Both the position numbers and the translations under genes were made by a program. 64,000 bases of DNA, from NCBI RefSeq assembly GCF_000009045.1, contig NC_000964.3:3224001-3288000 (forward strand), given 5' to 3'. The notes under the pieces are model-generated. The model was not told where the DNA came from, searched no databases, and saw only the letters and a list, made by a program, of their open reading frames with translations. How positions within the stretch are numbered: the stretch's first letter is position 1; the number at the start of each line of letters is the position of its first letter. This document shows positions 38,009-48,900 of this stretch, piece by piece. Origin of the DNA: Bacillus subtilis subsp. subtilis str. 168. GTDB lineage: Bacteria; Bacillota; Bacilli; Bacillales; Bacillaceae.

Positions 38009-38257
38009 TTACATTTCTGTTACCCAATGAATGATTTTTTTGGCCAGCTCACCAGCAGGGGTTTCCTCTGTATGCCGGCGCAACGACGCTTCCAGCCGTT
38101 CAGGCAGAGTTGCTTTATCTTCTTCATAGGAAATGATCGTGCTCCACTCCAGCTGCGGTACCGCTACAAGCGTGCGCAGTTCTTTTCTGTTTTCATGCAG
38201 ATACACGTCCGTGATCATTCCGGTTTGCGTATTGATATTTGCTTTTCTGATTTTCAT
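38009..38257 (-). CDS. yueH: Small conserved protein of unknown function, 82 aa
   Basis: ORF with SD AGAGAGG in the expected position. Confidence 0.82.
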   Translation of the reverse strand: MKIRKANINTQTGMITDVYLHENRKELRTLVAVPQLEWSTIISYEEDKATLPERLEASLRRHTEETPAGELAKKIIHWVTEM

Positions 38258-38329
38258 AACATGACCTCTCTATTCAAAGACTACCCATATTATACAATAA
38301 AAAAGCAACAGCCTCTTGTGAAAAGGCTG

Positions 38330-38551
38330 TTACCCGTTAAACGAAACTGTTTCATCAGTGATATCGGCATCTTTGAAGAGAGTTTTACTCGTTTGGTTGT
38401 TAATCTTCACAAAATCACCAAGCTGAAATGTGCCTGACCCCGCCCCTGAATGAGCGACGCTTTTGGGCGAAATCGCAAATACGTCTCCAAAGCTTGCCGC
38501 GGCATTATCCGTAACTGACATGATATAAATCGGCCCCACAATTGCAGGCAT
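38330..38551 (-). CDS. yueG: GerPA/GerPF-family spore germination protein, 73 aa
   Basis: [10 protein letters not shown]...[13 protein letters not shown]...GSGTFQLGD is the GerP signature. SD GGAGGTG. Confidence 0.88.
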
Positions 38552-38578
38552 TTCCCCACCTCCGCATTGATTTACAGC

Positions 38579-38606
38579 ATCATATGCAAGGAGCCGATAA
38601 TGGTGC
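38579..38606 (-). promoter_or_regulatory. SigK-type promoter of yueG
   Basis: Minus strand GCAC-N16-CATATGAT matches AC-N16-CATA---T. Confidence 0.6.
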
Positions 38607-38610
38607 CCGC

Positions 38611-39720
38611 CTATTCAGCTGGCTTTGCGTTTTCCTCGAGTCGTGACCGCTGGCGCAGCTTGATCAAGCGGACAATATTCAGGAAGAACGCCTTCACTAC
38701 CGCATAAACCGGCACCGCTAAAATCATGCCGAGAATTCCGCCGAAGCTTCCCGCTCCGATTAATAGCAAAATAATCGTAAGCGGATGGGTATTCAGCCGC
38801 TTTCCGATCACAAGAGGAGACAGCAGGTTTCCGTCCAGCTGCTGAACGATGACGACCACAATAATCGCAAACAGCGCTTTGGCCGGCGAGTCCATAAAAC
38901 CGACAATGACAGCCGGCGCGGCACCGAGAAAAGGCCCGACATAGGGAATGATATTGGTAATCGCCATGACAATCCCAAGAATCAGGGCATACGGCAGTCC
39001 GGCAATTAAATAGCCGATAAAACACGCTGTTCCGACAAAAAGACAGATTAACAGCTGCCCCTGGAAATATGCCGCAAGCGTATCGGATAAATCTTTAAAA
39101 ATCTTTAAGCCTTCTGTCCGATAAGAAGCCGGTAGAATTTTTACTGCCAAATGCGGAAAGCGGTGTCCGTCTTTCAGCATGTAAAAAAGGATAAATGGAA
39201 CAGTAATAATAACAAGCGTGATGTTTGTCACGACACCAAACACCGCAGATAAACTGGACGTGATATTTTGCGGCAGGTTTTGGAGAAAACTTGTCAATGA
39301 CTGTTCAATTTTTGATATCGATACATAATCCTGGTTCATCATCCAGGTAAACCATTGAGAATGGGACAAATCCTTTGTCAGCGCCTGAATCTGTTTTATA
39401 TAATCAGGAAGGTTGTTAAACAGCCCTGTCACCTGTGCGGTGATGATAGGTCCGACTGACGCTGAAATAAAGGCAAGCAAACCGATAAACAGTAAATAGA
39501 TCAATAGAATGGATAATGTCCGCGGAATTTTTTTCTCAAGCAGGCGGACGACCGGATTAAATATGAAATACAAAATTCCCGCAATTAGCATCGGGAAAAA
39601 CAATGTCGAGATAAAAACAATAAACGGCTGAAATACAAATGAAACTTTTGTTGCTACAAAAATAATCAGCAAAACAAATAAAATCTGCAATGTCCAAAAA
39701 TGGACTTTTGATTTCAACAA
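38611..39720 (-). CDS. yueF: AI-2E (PerM/TqsA) family transporter
   Basis: Multiple TMs, [20 protein letters not shown] motifs. TTG start. Confidence 0.9.
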
Positions 39721-39834
39721 GCTTTGTTCCTCCTAGTTTTTCTTTGTCTGTCAGATAAAAGAACTTATACCCCATCATTGTAACAAAAATGAACTCATAT
39801 CAGAACTCTTAATATAATGAAAGGAGTGTTGGTG

Positions 39835-40224
39835 ATGAAGGCCGTGACATACGATACAGATTCAGAACTGGCTTATATCTATGTTCTTCCTCCGAAAAAG
39901 AACAGGAATGTACGGACTGAGGAGCTCAGAGTCAATGATTGTCTCCTGCTGGATATCAGCCAAGATGGCAAAATCGCCGGATTCGAATGTTTTGGTGAGG
40001 CAGCACACCTCTGTGCCCCATTTGCCGGGAAATCCCGGCTGTATGTAAAAGATTCAGACGGTTATCATTTTCGGGTCTGCCAGCATGCTTCAGTCCGTTC
40101 CTGCTATACGGTGTACCGTGTCACTTTCTGTTTTTCAGATGGTGACTATCAGGAATTTGCCGGCTTTGACCTTGATGGAACAATGTATCATAGTGCGTTT
40201 TTACAGCGCTTAACTGAAAAATAG
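39835..40224 (+). CDS. yuzE: Protein of unknown function with a DUF2283-like N-terminal domain, 129 aa
   Basis: Pattern YDTDSELAYIYV...LLDISQDGKIAGFE. SD AAAGGAG. Confidence 0.82.
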   Translation: MKAVTYDTDSELAYIYVLPPKKNRNVRTEELRVNDCLLLDISQDGKIAGFECFGEAAHLCAPFAGKSRLYVKDSDGYHFRVCQHASVRSCYTVYRVTFCFSDGDYQEFAGFDLDGTMYHSAFLQRLTEK

Positions 40225-40264
40225 GACGTCCTGTTGTACGCCTATTTTTCATGCGCAAGCACTG

Positions 40265-40501
40265 TTAGACCCGCTCACTGTAATCTGGGGTGACGGAAAT
40301 CATGTGCTGGATTCTGATCAAACAAACAGAATTTCGGGCTCCTTCAATTGTGATATGGTCAGGTTTTACATCGATCAGTCTGCCTCTGACCGTATCTCGT
40401 ACTGTCTGTATAACGAACCTTGAGCCGATGAGCTTTTTAATGGTCTGATAGACATAAGGATCGACTAAAGAGACCAGTTGCGGACTACCTTGGTTGACCA
40501 T
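40265..40501 (-). CDS. yuzF: Small protein (DUF2642/YuzF-like), 78 aa
   Basis: DPYVYQTI...GRLIDVKPDHI. SD AAAGGGG. Confidence 0.82.
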   Translation of the reverse strand: MVNQGSPQLVSLVDPYVYQTIKKLIGSRFVIQTVRDTVRGRLIDVKPDHITIEGARNSVCLIRIQHMISVTPDYSERV

Positions 40502-40677
40502 ACTTTTATCCCCTTTGTGTGTTTTATCTCAGCTTATGCCGCGCTTATGGATAATGACACAGGCTTACCTGATAAAACAAAGGGGTGCGGAGATTTTAGG
40601 AGAATACGTTTGGAGGCGGGTGTAAAGGAAGTATCGATGAAGCGGAGACAGCGAAGAAAGCTGGCGCTGTTCCGTAC

Positions 40678-41208
40678 TTATACAGGCTTTATCACGGATG
40701 CCTGGGCTTGGTCGATTAATTGGTCCAGCTTTTCTATTTTTTTTCGTGCGGTTGAAGGATCAATTTGGCGGTAATGATGGTGGCCGCCCGGCTCTTCATC
40801 CAGTTCGTCCGCTTTTTTGACAATCTGCTGCAGTGTGTTTTTATCTAATTCGCCTTCAGGCAAATAGGAATCTGTATGAAGCAAAATGGCTAGTGCAATC
40901 TCTTTTGCTGCTTTCGGTTCCTCGCCAAGCCGAATCAGAAGTTTATGCGCCCGTTCCGCCCCTTTAATGGCATGAATGTCATTTCTTTTGTATTTCTCAT
41001 AATCCCACTTTCCGTCTGTATACCATTCATAATGGCCAATGTCATGAAGCAGTGCCGCTTTTGCTGCTAAATCAGGATTAATGTCAGCCTTCACAGACAG
41101 CCTGTATGCATGATAAGCGCAGGCAATCGCATGTGCCACGCCGGAACGCTGAAGATATTTTTGTGCAATTGGATGGGTGAAAACATCCATTAATGTAACC
41201 TTTCTCAT
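40678..41208 (-). CDS. yueE: HD-domain metal-dependent phosphohydrolase, 176 aa
   Basis: H...LLHDIG...H...HTD...AD pattern. SD AAAGGAGG. Confidence 0.88.
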   Translation of the reverse strand: MRKVTLMDVFTHPIAQKYLQRSGVAHAIACAYHAYRLSVKADINPDLAAKAALLHDIGHYEWYTDGKWDYEKYKRNDIHAIKGAERAHKLLIRLGEEPKAAKEIALAILLHTDSYLPEGELDKNTLQQIVKKADELDEEPGGHHHYRQIDPSTARKKIEKLDQLIDQAQASVIKPV

Positions 41209-41379
41209 GGAAACCCCTCCTTTAGATATTTTTAGAATCCTAACATAATTTGCAGAGAAACTCAATTCTTATGTCACATCATTTTGATCTTCTTATCATC
41301 ATTGTTATACCCTAAAAGCAACGTTTCAGTCAGTATATGCGGCTGTTCAATAAAATGCGCTGGCTGCAGCCTTTTGTAT

Positions 41380-41407
41380 AAAAAAAAGAGCAGAAAATAT
41401 CTGCTCT
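41380..41407 (-). terminator. Terminator at the end of the yukE-yueD operon
   Basis: Stem AGAGCAG / CTGCTCT with T8 on the minus strand. Confidence 0.7.
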
Positions 41408-42137
41408 ACAAAAACTCTTTAATATCATAAATGCGGCCGTTTTCCGTCCCTTTTTCTAGTAAAGAAAGCAGCGTGCCGGCAATAAAGTCCGGACTGCGAA
41501 GGCTTCCTGTTTCATTTAATTTCCGGAATCGTTCAATGTGGTGGAAATCCTTTTTCGATGAAGAACGGATGACGGCCTGCATCTCAGTGTCCATCACTCC
41601 AGGTGAGAACGAAATCATGTTCACCGGCAGCTCTTCATCCTCCTGTTCAAATCCGAATGTCCTCGTAAACATGTCGAGCCCGGCTTTTGAACTGCAATAC
41701 GCGCTCCATCCCTTATATGGATTTTTGGCGGCTCCTGAAGTAATGTTGACAACCGTCTTTTTGCCGCTGTATGAAGCAAACCGTTTTGTAAACAGCTGAC
41801 TCAAAAGCACGGGCGCAGTCAGGTTCAGCTGATAATGGCGCTGAAGCTCGTCAAGAGACGCTTCGCCGGCACGTTTGATCGGCGTTACCATTCCGGCGTT
41901 ATTAATAAGGGTAATACCAGAATAACGATCTGAATCGATGGATGAGAGCAATGTTTCAAATTGCTGTTCAGCTTCTTCGAGATTGATGAGGTCTATTTGA
42001 TGCTGCGTTAGTTTTTTGTGAGAGACATCTGTTTTCGTTCTGGATAAGGCATGGACTTCATGCCCCTTTTCTAAAGCCTGTAATGCAATGGCTTGACCCA
42101 GCCCTTTTGACGCTCCGGTGATGATATAAAGTTCCAT
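41406..42137 (-). CDS. yueD: Short-chain dehydrogenase (benzil reductase / sepiapterin reductase-like)
   Basis: TGASKGLG, NNAG, YCSSK motifs. Confidence 0.92.
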   Translation of the reverse strand: MELYIITGASKGLGQAIALQALEKGHEVHALSRTKTDVSHKKLTQHQIDLINLEEAEQQFETLLSSIDSDRYSGITLINNAGMVTPIKRAGEASLDELQRHYQLNLTAPVLLSQLFTKRFASYSGKKTVVNITSGAAKNPYKGWSAYCSSKAGLDMFTRTFGFEQEDEELPVNMISFSPGVMDTEMQAVIRSSSKKDFHHIERFRKLNETGSLRSPDFIAGTLLSLLEKGTENGRIYDIKEFL

Positions 42138-42199
42138 TGGAAACCTCCTTTTCCGTTATTATTGTACGGCACCTCTTTTACACAACACAAGCACGCGGC

Positions 42200-42706
42200 C
42201 TACGCCTTCTTGTTTTCCTGCGCTGTGACTTTTGGGATGAGGAACACGATGCCTGCAATTCCGAGCAGGATCAGTACGACATAGATCATCGGCAGCAGCA
42301 ATGATGATGTTTCTTGTTCATCTTCTGTTTCCGTTGATGATGTCTTTGTCATTGGTTTTTCAGCAAAAGTAATTCCAAGCTGTTTCGACTGGGCCGCAAT
42401 CGTGTTGGAATCCTCGGCATTTGTTGATGTAAACAAATCTTTTATCAGCTCGGCGTCCTTGTCCTTCGGTTTATCAAAAGTGATATCCTTTTGTTCCTCA
42501 GGCAGTTCTGTTTTTTCTTCATAGTAGGTATCTTCATGCAAATAATTCGTATCGATTTCGATGTCTTTTTTCTCATACTGGTTTGGCGCGACATCTGTAT
42601 TTTCTTCAGTTTGGGCAGCCGCTGCAGAGGGTATGAAAAGGGAAAAGGAGAGCATACAAATCATGATCCCCTTTTCCATGCTGCGATCACGCTTCATACG
42701 TTTCAT
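42200..42706 (-). CDS. yueC: T7SSb EssA-like component (start uncertain: 42706, 42697 or 42655)
   Basis: Signal-like N-terminus and a C-terminal TM. Overlaps the yueB stop. Confidence 0.85.
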
Positions 42707-45700
42707 CGCTTTCTGCTGTGTGTTCAGCCATCAACCGGATAATCAGCGGCAGAGCCACGGCAATCACCGTAATGATCAGCAGAACTGTTATTCCCATTGT
42801 AAACAAGTGCCCAGTACCGTACTGGATGTCGATATATACTTTCGAAACCGGATCTTCAAATGTAAAGTTCGGCATGATCAAATCAATAAGCGGTGCGACA
42901 TAGAATAGGATCATTGCTGCTGAAGCAACCCAGCCAGGGATTGATCCGAATCTGAATGCCGTCCGGATGAAGGCAGAGCTTGCGACCAGCAATAGAATCG
43001 TAAACACCGACCACTTAATCGTCTGATCGTCCGGCAGTGAATAAATATTCAAGCCGAACAAGCTGATCATAAGTCCGACAAGGATATTCAGAATTCCGAA
43101 TAACGCTCCTTTGACGAGAAGCGGTGCGTTTTGGTAATACGAGCTGAAATAGCCGATTAACAGACTGCTGATCAACACAATGACAAGGATGACAACCGGA
43201 GGTACCGTCTGAATTTTTTCTTCCGGAACCTCTCCGCTGATTTTAAGCGGATTCGCTAAGTAATCATATACATAGCCATTGTTTTGCCCGTCTACTAATG
43301 TATTTCCGAGTATGCCGTATACGTCATTTCGCACGAGTTTCGTGGAGGCGACATTTTTCCCCCAGTTGTTGTTTAAGGTGTCGGCTTTCGCTTGAACATC
43401 ATTAACGCTTTGCTGCATGTTGGTTGTGTAATCAATGATGCCGGACTGGCGATCAGACAATGAACCCATCATGTCTGACATTTGCAGCACTTCCTGGCCG
43501 ACCGTATCTTGGACACTCAGTGCCATGGTACCAGACAGCCCATCGTTGCTGAACGTCGCAGATTCCTGTGTTGCGCCCGTTACAAGCTGTTCTGACGCTT
43601 TTGCGGCACTTTCAGAGATTTTCGTCAGTTCGTCGAGAACACCTGCTTGAGAGTCACGGATATAGCCGCTGTAGTCGTCCGCAAATTTGGTCATGCCGTC
43701 GATGAAGCTGTTAATATCCTCATCTGTTTGCATCGTGTTGTTTTTGAGAGCTTCCCAGCTGGCTGATTCTTCAGGTGTGAGAGCCAGGACTGATTGGACG
43801 TTGCCATCTTGCTCTTGGATGACTTCACCTTTAATAATAGTCAAAGAGCCTAGATCCAGATTATCATTTAGCGTAGACTTATATAAATTTAAAGAGTTGT
43901 AATACTTCATCAAGTTAGAAATATTATCAGTTTCAATTCTACTTGAAAAAATTGAACTTAGTTTTTCTTTCTGATCTATATAGCCTCTACTCTGCAAAGT
44001 TTGTATTATTTCGTCTTCCAAATTGTATATTAACCTATAAGCATCATTGACATTATTATCAAAATCAACCAACTTTTTTGTTAAGTCACCAATTTGATCA
44101 TTTAATTTTGAAACTGTTTTATTTAACTCTTTAATTTCTTGATTTAACTCATCAATATGTTTCTCTAGTTTGTTGTTATGTTCCTCTTGTTTTTCTTGAA
44201 GTGCATTTTCTATTTCCTCTAATTTTATCGCTGCTTCGTTCAGACGTTTTTTTGCACCTGAAATATCAGTTTCACCGTCAGCTCCGTCACCCTGTAGCCC
44301 ATCACTTTGATTTGAGCCATCGTTTTCATCTGCGAGTTCAATCAAAGAGAAATCTGTTTTAGAGGTTCCTGTATTCTCCGTGTTTGTATCTTGTTCAGGA
44401 ACGTTTTTTGAAGATTCTTGATGTTTTTGTCCCGTTTCAATGTTAGTTTGAACATCATTTTGTGATCCATTATCTTGAGTACCCTCTTCTGATGAGCCAG
44501 TATCTTCATTTGTTGGCTGATCATCGGATGTTGGAATATCATTCGACGGTTCTTCAGTATTAGGAGAATCATCGGTTGATGGTTCTTCAGCATCGGGTGT
44601 TGTTGGTTTTTCTTGTTCAGGTTCTTTTAACCCTTCAGAGATATCTTTAATTTCAGTTGCAACATTTTTGAGCTCATCCCGCTGCTTCTCTAAATCCAAT
44701 TTTATATCTTCAATATCTTCCTTATCTGTGTCATCTTTATTATCAGATGTGTCTTCTCCATCTTCCTTTTCGTCGCTTTCCTTAGGTTTAAGTAAACTAA
44801 GGCGGTTCTTCCCGATATTCTCTTGCAATTGATTTAAATTTTGATATTTAATAGCTTCATATTGACTTTTATATCGAGATAGAAATGCATTAAACATGTC
44901 ATTCTCAATTTTTTTCATACCCATTTCTTGCAATGGCACTTGATTTTGCCTTAACTTTTCAGCATTGTTCAACGCAAGGTTTGTCAGTCCTATTTGTGTC
45001 TTCGCTTGGCCGATCCCGGTTGCCAATCCGCTCATGCGTTCGCTGAACTGATTCGCCTTTTGCTGTGCCTGGATGGCATCCAGACCTGTCCGGATTTGCT
45101 GCTGTGTTGAATCCTGGGCTGCCAAAAGCAGCTTTTTCTGATTCTCTTGATATTCTTTGTACCTTTCAACTGTATCAATGAATTCTTTCAGCGTGTTTTT
45201 GGCTTCCTCCGCCGTAGAAGCTTTTTCTTTTGTCGTGCCTTGCGCTTCATTCATTGATTTCTTCAGCTCATCGATTAAGTCTTTTTGCTGTTTGATTTCA
45301 CCTGCTAAATCATTAGAGCTTGGTTTGTAAAAGTTGTACATGACATTCTGGAATTCAGATTCTTTATTGACGATCTTGTCAAATTCTCCTCTGATGTTGT
45401 CCACTTTTTGCGAAACAAAATTCCAGTATAAGGCCGACATTTTTTTGTTCATTGTCTTTTGGGCATCCTCAAGCTCACGCTGAACTTTTTCTTTGTTAAC
45501 CGCATTCAGGTTATCTTGAATGCTGAATTCGAGCGTTGCCTTTTGAGGATGGTCTTTGTCATAGCTCAAAATGTTTTTTGAGAAGTCTGAGGGAATGTAG
45601 ACAATCGCATCGTATTTCTTTGAAGCGAGACCGGTCTCGGCCGCGCTTCGGTTTACGACCGTCCACGAATAATCAGGACGTTCACCCAGAACGGCCGCTA

Positions 45701-45917
45701 CTTCCTTGCCGAACTGGGCGGATTTGTCCTCTTCATCAGACTTTACCTCATCACTCAATACGCCTGTGTCTTCATTCACCACCGCGATTTGCCGGGTAGA
45801 ATTGACTGCTTTTTTCGTTGGGTCGTCTCCGATAAATCGGAAAAACAACACCGGCAGCAGCAAAATGATGATGACGGCGGATATTAACTTGATCAAGCTT
45901 TTTCGTTGTTCTGTCAT
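42687..45917 (-). CDS. yueB: T7SSb EsaA homologue and phage SPP1 receptor, 1076 aa
   Basis: One N-terminal TM, YhgE/Pip motif IAVVNEDTG, a long coiled-coil ectodomain, and about 5 C-terminal TMs. Confidence 0.95.
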
Positions 45918-48900
45918 CTAGCACTCTCCCTTTCAGCAGAACATAAAGGAATTTGAACTTTTTGCTCCTTCCCGTTTTCCACAACATATCCGAAGCCCGG
46001 CTGAATCTCAGGCTCCTGTCTTTGGTACGGGAGAGGAATGACATTTTGCTCAGACTTTTTCATCAGCAGAATCGCGTGGCGGATTTGCTTCATCTCAGTC
46101 GTCAAGGAGTCATAGCCTTTTGAGAATTCGCTGTGGTTTCCGCCCGGGATAAAGCTGAACCCAAGATGAGCGTATGATTTCATGAAGTTAGCGAGACGAT
46201 CTTGTATTCTCGTATCAATCGTCTGCTGGAATCTCGTTATCCCGTCAATCATCAGCACGACTTGTGAGAATCGCAGATTTTGTGCGTCTCCTTGGCGGAC
46301 GGCTTCTACATACATGGCTTCTCTTGTTTTGAAAATGTCTTCTGCTGTTTCAATCCACTGCTCAATATCTTCTTTCGTTTCCAAATATGAAACATCTGAT
46401 TCCTTCGCATAATGAGATAAGCCGCGGTCAATCGAGTCAAACAGGCCGATCATTTCGGTTTCATCATCAATCAGATGTTCAAGCATGACTTTTAGGACGT
46501 TTGTTTTCCCGCGCTGAGTTTGGCCTAAAATCAGGCAGTGCTTATGCTTGCCCAAATCAAAATAGACTGGGCTGACTGTTTCTTCATGAAGCCCGATCGG
46601 TACAGATAAAGGCTTGCGTTCCAGCTTGAAGCGGATAGACAATTCTCTCGTCGACAAGCTCTCAGGCAGCATCGGAATCGGTGCCGGCTGCTCCATTGAA
46701 GCAAATCGCCCTTGAAGTTTCTGTACGTCTGATTTCAGCTCGTTGAACATGCCGATATCATCATCGGCGTCAACAGGCAGGAACATTTGCGCGAAATAAA
46801 GCTCTTCCTTTTGAATGATGACGCGTCCCGGAATCGGCTCAAGATTGAATTTCGGACGGCCGTAAATGGAATATCCTTCTGATTGATCCATGAGATAATG
46901 GACAATCTTTGTTTTCAAGTTATTTAACAATGACTGGCGGACAGCATTCACCCGCGTTGCTGTCAGCATAAAGTAGATACCCAAGCTTTGTCCGTCTCTG
47001 GAAAGCTGGACAAATTCCGATTCAAGCTCATGCATCTCATCCTTGACAATGTCAAAGTTGTCAATGGTGATAAAAATGAATGGAAGCTCTTCTTCGCTCA
47101 GCGCATTGTACATTTTGATGTGGCTGATTTCTTTTTCCCGGAACAAACGTTTACGGCGGTCAATTTCTTCTTTGATGCGAATCATGAACTTTTCAATTTT
47201 CCTTGACTGGTCCATCAGGAAGTAATCCGCGGTATGCGGGAGCTTCGCTAATGGCAGCAGCGTTCCGTTTCCGAAATCAAAGATATAGACATGAAGCTCT
47301 TCAGGTGTGTATACGTCCGCAAAACTCATCAGGAACGTTGCGGCTGCAATCGATTTTCCGTAGCCCGAAGAGCCGAAGATGCCGATATTTCCATCTTCCA
47401 TCATCTTATAAGCAATTGGCGCCTGTCTTTGCAGATCAGGTTCATCGACATACGCAAAGTGGAAATGGTCTTTTTCGTTTGAAGGGAAAAGAGTGCGCGG
47501 AATACGTTCCGCAAGCGGCGGCAGCCAAGGGCTTGGCAGCTTCTCGATTCCCATTTCATCTTGGATGCGTTCAATTTCGTCAACTACAGCTTCGATTTCG
47601 GTTTGAACGTCTTTTTTCGCGTTATCTTCGGTATCAACCTCAGAAAGCGGGATCAGACCCGTATCTGTGACGATCGCGATTTCATCCTCGGTACCGTAGA
47701 CTTCCTCTAAGTAAGGCGCCCCGCTCCATGCAGATTGGAACAGCTCATACACTTCATTGTTTCCGACCTGCAAATAGCCGCGGCCTGTTACGGTAATGTT
47801 TGCGGCATCGCTGTTTTTCAAAATTTCTTTACTGTCGGTGGCATCCTGGACCTTGAGCGCTACTTTAAAGCGCGAGTTACTCCAGATCTGGTCGTCGATG
47901 ATGCCGCCTGGCTTCTGTGTCGCCAAAATCAAATGAACGCCGAGGCTTCGTCCGATACGCGCGGCACTGACAAGCTCCCTGATAAAATCAGGCTCCTCGC
48001 TTTTCAGCTCGGCAAACTCATCAGAAATTAAGAACAAGTGAGGCATCGCCACTTCTGCTTTCCCTTGCTTGTATAGCTTTGTATAGTCATTGATGTGATT
48101 GACTTGATACTGGTCAAACAGGCGCTGCCTTTTTTTTAGCTCGCTTTTAATGGAAGCAAGCGCACGCATACTGAAGTTTTTGCTTCCTTCAATATTTGTG
48201 ATCGTGCCGAGGAGGTGGGGAATGTTACGGAACGGCTGCGCCATTCCTCCGCCTTTATAGTCAATTAGTAAGAAAGCCGCTTCATGCGGATGAAAATGCA
48301 CTGCAAGTGACAAGATGTAGGTCTGGAGAAATTCACTTTTCCCTGATCCCGTTGTCCCCGCAAGCAAGCCGTGCGGACCGTGTGCTTTTTCGTGAAGGTT
48401 CAGATACACAATGTCATCTTTCCCTTTATAGCCGATCGGCACTGACAGCGACTTCGACGATTCACTTGTCAGCCATCTTTGCTGAATGCCGATTTCTTTT
48501 ACTTCCTTCGCATGAAAAAGCTCCAGGAACGATACCGTTTCCGGAATGGAATTCGTAATGCCGACCTGGTGGTTCAGCGTCCGCAGTGTGCGTGAAAACC
48601 GTTCGTTATCCTCACGCTGATGATGATCGAGACGGAACGGAATTCTTACCGCTTTTTTCTTTTGTATTAAAATGTCGCCTTCATGCTCATTAATGTAGCG
48701 GACAAGAGTTGTAATGTTTTCCGACAAGCTTTCCTTTGTTTCTGCAGCGACAATTGTCGAGATGCCCAGATGCTCATGCTGCCCTTCTAAATATTCGAGA
48801 ATGACATGCTCAGAGATCAGCTGCTGATTCGTGATGACAAATACAAAATGCGGTTTGAACTGCAGTTTTTCTTTGTCATCTTCGAGATCACGCTCTCTGA

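Noticed and set aside
40478-40774. 98-aa plus-strand ORF spanning the yuzF start and the yueE end
   Set aside because: It overlaps both real minus-strand genes in antisense, with no SD or recognisable domain.
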